A program made the position numbers and the translations under genes. 64,000 nucleotides of DNA, from the NCBI RefSeq assembly GCF_018350175.1, contig NC_058368.1, positions 144,276,001 to 144,340,000 of the forward strand. The letters are read 5' to 3'. The stretch is from Felis catus. Lineage: Eukaryota. Positions 53,291 through 64,000 of the stretch are shown piece by piece; position 1 is the first letter of the stretch, and the number at the start of each line of letters is the position of its first letter. The notes under the pieces are model-generated. The model saw nothing but the letters and a program-made list of their open reading frames with translations. It ran no database searches and was not told the DNA's origin.

Positions 53291-56206
53291 GTGTTCATAC
53301 GGACAGGGTTAAGTCTGGGGTGTGCTGGTAAATAAATGACAAACAGCCAGCTCTCTGGAAGAATAGTAGTGTTTGTGGTGCTTGTTGATTTCTGTAGTGT
53401 AAACACTCCTACCTGGGCTGATTTCAAGCTGCTGCTGGATTGGAGTTGGGAAAAGAGATGTACATTTGACCTTCATGAGTCCACAGCTATGAACCGCTCA
53501 TCCAAGCACTTTATTATTCTTCAGATGATATCTTTGAGTGAGATATTATCACCCCCTATTTACAAATGAATTAATTAAGATACAGAAATAAGGAGTAAGT
53601 TGCCTACATTGGTTGGAGCCGAGATTCAACTCAGGGTATCTAGCGGTAGGTTGTGCCCTTTACCATCAGGTTGTAGAGGCTGCCTATGGTAAATACATAG
53701 GCATCACCCTGAACAGAAATCTCTCTGGTAGTCTTTCTCTTTAAAACCGTAAACAGTAAGTATTCAGCGAGGTTCTCCAGGAGCTAAGTAACCAGTCTGG
53801 TGAGTGAAAAAAAAAGATTCTGTGTGACAGTTTTTAAAAGGTAGCTGTTTGCCCAGAGGAGTCTTGGATTATAGCATCAGAAGGACATTCCACTTTATTT
53901 GTCCTGAATCTCCTGAGGTTATCTTGACTCCTAGTTGTGGACCTAGGGATAGAAACTTAGTGGTGTATTCATTTCCTTTTCCACTTCACTTTCAATTTTC
54001 CATTTTAAGGGTTTTCAGGGCCTTTGAGTCTCTAGTTCTCCTGTTTTGCCCTTAGAAGTATCACTGAGACATGAAAATTAGATTCCTTTCAGGCTTCAGG
54101 GACCACATTCTAGGATCCTGCAATTTGGTGAGTTGATACATATTCACTCTATTCACAGTATACACGATTTTACACATCTGGTTTATGTTCTCATTGCTAA
54201 TATTCTAGACTAAAGGAAGTTCAAATCTCCCAGTGCAAACACTTTGGCTTTATTCTTGATTCTGTCTTCCTTTTTGTCCCTTTATCTGTTATCCTGTTTG
54301 TCTTTTTTGCCTTTGAAATGTCTCTTTGATTTGTCCCTTCTGTTGTTCCCTTGTAGCACCCCACCATTTCTGCATACCATTCTTACTGTTTCAGCCCTCT
54401 GCCTGGGCCCTTCTACCAAATTAACCCAGGAGAATTTTACTTTCATCATACCACCACTTTGAGAGTTGCTATGAGTAAGCTGGCATTAAATACAATATCA
54501 CAAAGGATATGATATTCATGTTGCGTTGCTAAGTGCAGGAAAGATGCAAAACAGTAATGTGTAAATTCATATACACACACGGCATACAAACCTTTTATCT
54601 TATAAGATTAAATATATGTATGCCATTATTATATTATCAATATGCTTATTGGCCATTTATGTATCTTCTTTGAAGAAATGTATTTATATATATCCTTGAG
54701 TATTAACTGATTATTTCTGGATGGTGAGGTTACTGGAGATTTTAATTTACTTTGCAAAGACATGATATCAAAAGTATCTTTAATGTACTTACATTACTTT
54801 CAAAATAAGAAAACTACATTATATTTTTATCAAAAAAATATTGGCTCAACTTTAGCTACAGCTTTTGCAACTAGAGCCCCCACTTGAGAACAATATTGTT
54901 AAGCACAGTACTTATTAAGGTGCCAGATGGTGTGCATATGATGTCATTTTAAAAAATGATTAACCTCAATGAACCTGACGTCAGGGGATTGAATACCAGC
55001 TATACACGTGTATGTCTCTTATTGAGATACCGTTATGCATTAGTCATACTAGTTTCGATCAAAATATTGCAAGAAATCAAGGCTGAAAGTTCTTTCAAAA
55101 GTAAATGGAAACTTCTCTCAAAAAATGTGTCTCTTCTTCTGTATTCTAGAAGATGGGCTGTGGATGTTGAATAATCTTGATTACAGATTTTTAAAAAATT
55201 AAGTTATAATGCCTCCTGTACAGTAGTTAAATATTTTAGAAATAAATTTGTAAATAAAAAATAAGATAACTTTCTTTTTGTTAACTTCAGATGTCATTGG
55301 GCAACATCTGATGGTAAACTGTCATAACAGCTTTAGAACCCACGTGTCTTAATCTTTTTCCTGTGGACCTAGCAATATCTTTTGACCAGAGATTAATGTC
55401 TTCATTCTTAAATTTGTTGGTGGCTTAGTGATAAAGTTTCGTGTTATGTTGTAATCCCAGTCTATCAGATTGTTACTTGAGTTGCCCATTTTTTAGCTTG
55501 TCATTTTTCTAGGTATGGGTAATCTCTTTGAAATTTGGGGAAGTGTAGCAAATGGACAAAGATCAAGAAGTCAAACAAGACTTTGTAAGAGTTATAATGG
55601 TGATATTAAAGGTTTATGATGGTTTTTTATTTTATTCACATGTCTTACTTATGTAATTGACATGAGAAAGAACATAATAGGCTACATCAAAATAATTCCC
55701 TTATCTCTCTCTGCCTTTTCTTTTTTCTTTTTCTTTCTTTTTTTTTTTTTAAACTGAAATGGTACCCCCTGAGAGCTGTGTCACTCATTTCAATTCCATA
55801 TACTAGAATATCATCAAGGACAGTTACCCTCAACCGAAGTCTCCTAGATAAGTAGCAAATTAAATTAGGGTCTTGCTGGCCTGGACAAGACCTGAGAAGG
55901 AGGGAGTGAGAGTATGAAAAAAATGACTGATGTTTAAAGCTGAAGGTACTTTGATATTCACATCGAGGGTGATAAGAGCAGAAATATCAAATGTAGCTGT
56001 TCTCTGGCAAAACAGAGTGCCAGGATAGGAAGACCAAATGGGTCAGTGATGAGAACAGGGACAGAATAGGACACAGCCCAAGAGGTAAACCAGTGGTTAG
56101 ATCTAAATTGAAGTTACACCGGGAATAACAAGGCATGATCACTGAGCAGTCACTCAGGAATGTAAGGTCTGTGTACCATGTGACATCTTCAAAACGGAGT
56201 CATTTT

Positions 56207-56404
56207 GTTTGTTTATTTATTTATTTTGAGAAAGACATAGTGTGAGTGGGGGAGGGGCAGAGAGAGAAGGGGAGAGAATCCCAAGGGGGCTCTGCACTGC
56301 CAGCTCAGAGCCTGATGTGGGGCTCAAACTCATGACCGTGACACGATGACCTGACCTGAAACCAGAAGTCAGATGTTTAACCAACTGAGCCACCCAGGAC
56401 CCTC
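56207..56404 (-). mobile_element. Can-SINE
   Basis: TSD aaac(g/t)gagtcatttt. Confidence 0.9.
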
Positions 56405-57754
56405 CAAACTGAGTCATTTTTAAGGTGACAACAGAACATTATCTATCTGATGCCAGGGTCCAATCTCCTTTTTGCTTGGGATTTCTTAACACTGTTAGTG
56501 GAATTCTTGCTTGTTTTAATGAACATTAATTCAGTGAGAAATAGGTAAATTATATTTGTTATACTATGTTCAGACAAAGAGGTATAAAATATACTGTAAA
56601 TATACTTTTCAGTTCATAAAGTTAACACAAAAGTAAAACTGGATACTTAAAATGTTGCCTCTATTTGGAAAAGTCATGTATATACAATACCTTTATATAA
56701 TATTACTGGAAAAATCATATTACAGATTCTAAAAACTCAATATAGTGATAATATAGGAATAACTGATTACTTAGTAGCTTAATCGGGATATCCTTTTCAA
56801 GCTAGGAAGTACTCTAAACCTTTTGGATTTAAGAAGTAAACAGATTAAATCTCAAAGTTTCTGAAACACATTGTACAACAGAGAAATCTTTTTTAAGGGA
56901 AGCATTCAGCATAATACTCTCATTTTGGGGGGACTCTTCTTTGAAAGGTTATAAAGTATACCTGTGATATGATATAATGGAATAATTTAAGTAAAAAAAA
57001 AACACTTGCATACATTCCTATATATTTTTAAATACATCTTTCAATAACAGTTTTCTAAGCTTTTAATCACCAGCTATTTATTTAGCCAAAGATTTGAGAC
57101 GATTGTTATCTTTTTAAAAATAAATCTAAAATTTAATTTTTATATGCATTTTTAATAATATAACTGAAGATCACTGAAAAAAAAGTACTTTTCTTGCTTG
57201 CCTTTAACAAAATTTATTATAATGGCTACTGTATACCAAAGTTAGGGGCGGTATGTTAGGGCTTGATAATGATAAGCAAATCAGACAAACGTGGACTCTA
57301 CCATCAAGAAGCTTCCAATTCAGTGTGAGAAAAAGATATTGAAACTGTTAATCCTGGTTTGTATGATGCTATCAAGGAGAAGCACAAAGGGAGGCTGACC
57401 CATCTGGGTAGTTCATGTTATTTAAGTTGAATGAAAATGATCACATTTGTGTTAATTATATCTAAGTTGACTTGTCATGGTCAAATGAAATGTGTAATAT
57501 GGTGTTAATAGTACACATCTTTTTATAGAAGTTATTTTAAATACATGTAGTTCTATCCAAATGAAACAAAAGAAGCCTCAGTAATCAAATTATTATATCA
57601 AACTGAAAAGTATTTCAGTGTAATTTCCATGTTTCTTAGGTATCCCTGGTTATTTTGTTTATGCTCATCTTAACTAATAAAGTGATTACTTATTGTACAG
57701 CTTTTATAGCTCTAAGAAATCAGTGTCCTCACCTTTTTGTTGTTGCTTCTGTAG

Positions 57755-57862
57755 GGATTTTAGTGAACATTATCACTCCTTGTGTAAAGCAGTACATCAC
57801 CTAGCAACTGTTGACTGCATTTTCTCCCTGGCCAAGGTCGCTAAGCAAGGAAATTACTGCAG
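57755..57862 (+). CDS. MSH3: MSH3 coding exon (~exon 18), 108 nt
   Basis: ctgtAG|G GAT TTT AGT...TGC AG|GTaatg; [35 protein letters not shown](R). Confidence 0.97.
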
Positions 57863-58131
57863 GTAATGTATTTTTTAACACTCCCCCACCCCCTTTCAGT
57901 GCTTTAGATTAGATGGCATTATTCCACTAATTTTAGCATTTTTATTATAAAATATTAAAATATGCAAATATTTTGCACCCTTTGTAAAGCTGAATGTCAA
58001 CACATATAGCTTGATTTGAAATTAACACATTCCTTTCTTGCTTGCTCTGTCATTTAGTACAATGAAAGCAGATGTGACGCCAGAAGTGATTGTTATATAT
58101 TTCAGTTTTTAAGTTTATGTGGGTGACATTT

Positions 58132-58349
58132 AAAAAAAATTTTTTTTAATGTTTATTCATTTTTGAGAGACAGAGGCAGAGTGTGAGTGGGGGAGTGGCA
58201 GAGAGAGAGGAGGACACAGAATCCAAAGCAGGCTTCAGGCTCCAGGCTGTCTGCACAGAGCCCGACATGGGGCTCGAACCCACGAATCTGCGAGATCATG
58301 ACCTGAGCCGAAGTCAGATGCTTAACCAACTGAGCCACCTAGGCACTCT
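58132..58349 (-). mobile_element. Can-SINE
   Basis: TSD ggtgacattt. Confidence 0.9.
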
Positions 58350-58559
58350 GGTGACATTTTTTAAAAAGCATAATTCTTTCATTTGTTAGCTTTGACTTAA
58401 ACACTTTGTAATATGTTTCACTTCATGATTATAAATACCATCTAAATCAGATATGGCTGGGACTCATTGTATGATCCATTTTGAGGAAGTGTTCTCTATT
58501 GCTCTCAAATTGTTCTTCCTTAAATTTAAAACCTTAAGCTTGAGCCAAATCTTTGGCCC

Positions 58560-58990
58560 AGTGCTGTGCCCTCCAGGCCCACTAGGTGAGGATCCTACCT
58601 TCCAGACCCACTGGGGCAGCATTTCTGTTCCTGTAGTTTTGCTGGGCAAAGATTGGGCCCCCAGAGCTCCAGGTCATGTTGCCCCTTTGGTGGCCCTATG
58701 CCTGGGCCCCACCCCTGAAGTGTTTCTTTGTGATATTCCCATGTCTGCTGGTGCTCTGTGCCTGGCTCCCTCCTGTGGCTCCCCCAGGCTAGAATTTTGT
58801 GCTGGTGGCTCTCTGGGTCTGGAGACCATTGCCATATTGGGGGCTCTCTGGGCTATTTATTCCATAAAAGCATAGCCCACTCATGAGGGCTCTTATGAAC
58901 CAATCGCCTTCCAAAGGCCTCACCTCCTAATACCATCACATTAGTTTTCATATGAATTTTGGGGAGGACACAAACATTCAGTTTGTAGCA
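58560..58990 (-). mobile_element. MaLR internal + LTR fragment
   Basis: GC-rich internal-like segment, then ccaaaggcctcacctcctaataccatcacatt...ggacacaaacattcagtttgtagca. Confidence 0.65.
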
Positions 58991-59271
58991 CAAAGCCTAT
59001 TTTTTCATATACTTAAGGAAATTTAAGGGAATATTTACCTTACTGGCTATGGTGAGGAATAAAAAGAAAACATAGATGTCTTACTGCCTGTCAGTGCTTG
59101 TGACATACAGAATTCATTGTGTTTGAGTAGATATGTTTTGCTGTTCATACGTCTTTCATATCTTGGTTTCTCTTTAGTTTGAACCAAATAGCTTTTTTTT
59201 GAACATTTTTCAATGTTCTTTATACCTAGCATAATACCCATAGTGGATGTTAAAAAATTGGTTGTTGTAAA

Positions 59272-59313
59272 GTATGTATGTATGTATGTATGTATGTATG
59301 TATTTATTTATTT
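59272..59313 (+). repeat. (TATG)n(TATT)n microsatellite
   Basis: seen directly. Confidence 0.9.
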
Positions 59314-59966
59314 AGGGGAGGAGAATTGCAGGAATTGGCTATGCCAGTTTTAGATTAAAAACGTACTTTGCTATTTCATTTCATTTTGTTTTGCCATCTG
59401 TTTCTGTGTGGAGACCAACAGTGTTGGGCACAATAGTTTTGTTTAAAATAGGTTCTTTGCATTTTCACTATTGCCCAATTCTCACATCAGAGGGCTTCAA
59501 AAATTTTATCCCATTTATCATCCATAAAAGTGAGATCTGTAAATTTACTGTAGTTGAATCTAGTTCTGGGAGAATAAGAATCTACTCTCCATTGACTTGA
59601 TTTCTTCCTTATGTACTGTGATCTTAGTAGGACTTCTTTCTTGCTGTACAAGGTTTGTGAAGCTAACTTTTCCTAAAGGATTCTTTTGGTGAATTAAGTA
59701 GAGGATCGGCTACAACCTATGCCCTTACTGTGTCTTCCTGCAAAGCTCTTCCCACTGAAAAATACTTGTGCCTGGCTTACCTCTTCTTATACTTCTTCAA
59801 GTGGCCTTTTGCCATTTGTTACTGCTGATGCTGCAGCTAGTAAGACCAGAAGAACCATGTCTATGGTATGTGGTTTATATTATACCAAATTTAAATATTT
59901 GTATCTGTATGTGTTTATATATCTATTTGTAAACTTAAACATATATATATTACACGTCGTATATAA

Positions 59967-60170
59967 GTTTTTTTCTTTCATTTTTTTGTTATGTTCATTT
60001 ATTTTGAGAGAGAGTGTGCATGCACATAGTGAGGAAGAAAGAATCTCAAGCAGGCTCTGTACTGTCAGCACAGAGCCTGACACGGGGCTCGACCGTACAA
60101 ACTGTGAGATCGTGACCTGAGCTGAAACCAAGAGTCAGACGCTTAACTGACTGAGCCACTCAGGCGCCCC
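59967..60170 (-). mobile_element. Can-SINE
   Basis: reverse-complement SINE ending gagccactcaggcgcccc. Confidence 0.88.
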
Positions 60171-60429
60171 AGGAATTCTTTATGGAGATGTAGGTTTGGC
60201 AAAATCTCTGAGGAGTGAAAATACATCCCTTATTACATCACTATAAAACTCTGATTAATTTGTAGACTCATCAGAGATTTAACAAACATTTTAAGTATAT
60301 ACACTAGACAGGTTTGGTCCTAGATTTTTCATTTAGGGACTTCTTTTTTTGGCATCTTCTAGTCCATGTATCAAGAGACTACTTGATTTGCATAAGTAAA
60401 ATTTGAACTCTTTTAAAGCATATCTTTCA

Positions 60430-60640
60430 TAGCGTAGACTTTGGATCAGACAGACGTGGTTTTGAATACTTGCTTGGTTATTTAACAGCTGACCTTAAGC
60501 AAGTTACTTAACCTCTCTGATTCTCAGGTTCTGCATTGCCATAATACCTACCTCTCAAGAGATGTGCAGATTAAGTGAGGTAAATCTATATTAACTTTTT
60601 AAGCAGGACCAGACAGATGATAAGTACTTAGTAAATAGCA
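60430..60640 (+). mobile_element. MIR
   Basis: gaccttaagcaagttacttaacctctctgattctcag core. Confidence 0.75.
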
Positions 60641-61479
60641 GATAATATTTTTTAAAGATGCTTATTTTAAAAATCAGAAGGATTAAGTATTTTAAAAATT
60701 ATTTGTCTTTAATAAAAATATGGGGTATGTTAGTATGTTTCATACCCATTCAATTTATTTTTTAAAAATCATTTTTGGTTCTCTATCTTATCTGTCTCTT
60801 TGAACATGATCAGCATCGTTATCTTAAAGTCTGTGTCTGATAATTCAAATATCTGGAGTCCTTATGGGTCCTTGTTGCCTTGTTTCTCTTGCCTTGTTTT
60901 TGTTCATTTTTGTTCTTATATCTTTTTGATGCCTGGTTGTTTTGATTATGTTATAGGCATTATATTTGTAGAATCATTATAGAAATAGCTTGATGTTATA
61001 TTTCCTCTGAAAGAGTCACATTTGCTTCTACTAGACATCTCAAGACGCTGAAAATACTCTGGCATCACTTAATCTAAATAATCTGTCATCTTATCTGGGC
61101 TTGAGATGACTCAAAGGTTCAAAAGCTGCCGTTATTGCTTCAAATGTATTTCTTATGCCTGGTGTGCAGCCTGTTGGTGTCTCAGTCCAGAGCCAGGCTA
61201 TCCCTCGTCTCTACCCTCAGCTGTTCCCTCAGGAATCAACACACTCCCTGGGACTCTGTCCTGCCCCAGGTCTTGGCTTGATAATTCCTTGATGTCTTGT
61301 TAGTTATCAGGTACCGTCAAGTAACTATTTTCTATACTTTATCTAATTTTTCTTTTTGTCCTCAGTAGGATTGTTCCAAACGACATATTCTATCAGGAAA
61401 ATGAGTTCAGGAAATATTTCATATGCTAAAATACTTTCCAAATTGGATACTATATATTTTGTATTAAGAAAAATTCACT

Positions 61480-61708
61480 GGGGTACCTGGATGGCTCAAA
61501 TGGTTAAGCATCTGACGTTGGTTCAGGTCATGATCTCACAGCTTGTGAGTTTGAGCCCCACCTCAGGCTCTGTGCTGACAGCATGGAGCCTGGAGCCTGC
61601 TTCAGATTCTGTGTCTGCCTTTCTCTCTGCCCCTCCCCACCGCTCGCTCACGCTCTCTCTCTCTCAAAAGTAAATAAACATGTAAAAATTTTTTTTTTAA
61701 TTTTTCTT
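61480..61708 (+). mobile_element. Can-SINE
   Basis: TSD aagaaaaat(t/c)cac. Confidence 0.9.
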
Positions 61709-63012
61709 AAAAGAAAAATCCACCTGAATATTTTTAAATGAAAAATCATACCATAAACTTTAGGAAATAAAATCAACTTCTCTTTTTTTAGCAGAAATAA
61801 AATTGAGTGTAAATAGCCACCAAATAGGAAACTTTCATCTAAAATGCATTTTAAGCTAGTATTTAAGTATCTGAAGTTTATACTTTTTCCCCCTTAGATT
61901 TCCAGCTTGCTCAAAGATATTAGTGCCTTTGAACTATTGATGTTAGTTCAGACTGATTATTGGCTTTATAATCACGATCTTTCTTTTTTTTTTCTAAATA
62001 CTTTTAGGACATTTTATTCACTATAGCCTAACCTTGAGGCAAAAGTTCTTATTCTGTCTTTCTATCCAATTTGTATTTTGGATATTATATTGTTTTACTA
62101 ATTGTATTGTTTCCCTGAGGCATTTAAAGGAGAAAGATGCTGTTTCAAAAATATAAAATAAATTTGTTCAAGTTCAGTGTTTCATTCTTTCCAGGCAGCA
62201 TGCAGATTTCCTTAGTTCTTCTTAAATGCCATGTCATCAACATGTTTTTCATATCCTTCTTGCTCTATCTTAATGTAGTGTATCGTCTCATTACTCCAAA
62301 TTATCATTTACTTCTCATTCTACCAGGAAGTGTTTTGTCTTTATATAATTTTGATAGTGACAGAGTAAGTCAGTCACTCATTTTCACAGATTTTCGAGCA
62401 GAACAAATCATTCAAAATTTTATTCTAAAGTGAAGACCTTCCTCAGAAATCCTATCAGTGTCATGAATAATGATCTATTGATTTCACTTGGCAGAACACC
62501 TAGGATTTTATTTTAAAACTGATATTACTTACAGCTGCTTTCATTTTTTTTAGTAGTAAATTTATAATGCACCTAGGTAAAAATCCTGTCTTTAGAATTG
62601 TACTTTGAAATCCAAAAAATGTCCTTTTCCTGTCATTTTAAATGTCTCTTTCCAAAGGATAATTTTAAATTTTTCCTCAGAAGATACTGTAGTTACTTTC
62701 TTTGAGAAATGTGAGGGTATATACTTGGGGTTTTGTTAGCCAGATATATTTAAGGAAAAGGATTTAAGTATTTAGGAAAGTACTATTTCTTAGTATTATG
62801 AGTAAGTTCAGAAATGTGTTTTATGCTAAAGTTCTGAGTCATAGAACTTAATAATCAATGAGTATAAGTTAACACAATACGAGGACACTGTTCACCCAGC
62901 ACATTGTCAGAAATTAGAAAATTTGGTAATACCTCCTTTAGGTGAAGTTGTGAAAAAACAAGTCAACTTTCATATCCTGCTGGTGGGAAGATAAACTGAT
63001 ACAGATATTTCT

Positions 63013-63231
63013 TTTTTTTTAAGTGTTTATTTATTTGAAAGAGAGTAAGTGCACACATGTGTGTGTGAATAAGCAAGCGGGAGAAGGGAAGAAAGAGAGG
63101 GAAAGAGAGAATCCTAAGCAGGCCCTGTGCTATCAGCATAGAGCCCGATGTGGGCCTCAATCTCATGAACTATGAGATCATGACCTCAGCTGAAATCAAG
63201 AGTTGGGCACTTAACTGAGCCACGCAGACAT
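63013..63231 (-). mobile_element. Can-SINE inside an old L1 relic
   Basis: TSD ctgatacagatatttct / ctgatatagatgtttct. Confidence 0.9.
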
Positions 63232-63345
63232 CTGATATAGATGTTTCTGTATGTTAAAATAAAAAATAAGCAAACCCTATGACTTAGAAAGCATACTTCA
63301 GGAATTTACTCTAGCTTAGACAAACACTTGTCTATATGTAATGGG

Positions 63346-63347
63346 TA

Positions 63348-63387
<40 letters not shown>

Positions 63388-63414
63388 TATATATATATAT
63401 AGTGTGTATATATA
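63346..63414 (+). repeat. (TG)n(TA)n microsatellite
   Basis: seen directly. Confidence 0.93.
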
Positions 63415-64000
63415 CATGGTTGTTCATTTCACTATTGTTTGAAAATCTAAACACAGTCTAAAATATTTAACAACAGAGAACAGCTAACTCATTTATGCGG
63501 CAGCTTCCAAAGAATGTTAAAGATATGACAGGAAATTATCCTAAATCTTCAATATACCATACCATCAGTGTCCACTGGACCTAATTTCAGCTTTTGAGTT
63601 TCTTAAATGTCTTTCAAAGAACAAAGAGAAAATTCATGTTTTTTTAAAAAGAAGAATAAAACTCATTCTGTCTTGCATTTACACTATGGGTCCATTGGAC
63701 CCTTTTATAAATATGAGATGTATTTTGGGATCTTTAATGATTTTATTGTTTCTATATCTGGAATATCTTGCTATTTCATCATCCCAGGAATTACTTAATT
63801 ATTGTTTATTGATTATTTCTACTAAAAAGTCTAAGAAAACTAGAGAATGGTAATGCAAAGGTGAGATAGAACTCACTATCACACCATCCTTCAGGGTTCT
63901 AATTGTGTTGCCTGAAGTGCTGCATCATCCTTCAGGAAGTTACAAAAAGAATGGAGATAACACCATTATAGTCGGCTTCTAACTTTCTTTGAACATAGCT

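Noticed and set aside
58453..58875. 140-aa GC-rich ORF
   Set aside because: It overlaps a MaLR-like fragment and has no recognisable domain or splice context.

Overview
This window is eukaryotic, AT-rich, intron-dominated genomic DNA from a carnivoran, most likely a felid, judging by the felid-type Can-SINEs and carnivore L1 3' ends. It holds eight internal + strand coding exons of the mismatch-repair gene MSH3, corresponding to human exons 11-18 (numbering recalled, not aligned). They are 85, 110, 133, 188, 169, 65, 117 and 108 nt long, all have AG/GT boundaries, and splice into one open frame. The rest is intron filled with about 30 Can-SINEs, young and old L1 (including a 6 kb nest at 29.9-36.0 kb), L2/MIR, MaLR/ERV LTRs, Tigger/MER DNA transposons and microsatellites. 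Almost all listed six-frame ORFs are spurious or repeat-derived. I see no novel multi-gene system. The most striking observation is a perfect 33-bp tandem duplication of the exon-11 splice acceptor, which could add 11 amino acids in frame to MSH3. Other points are tandem splice sites at exons 11 and 15 and several informative retrotransposition and repair scars. Repeat family names are from recognition only and their boundaries are approximate.
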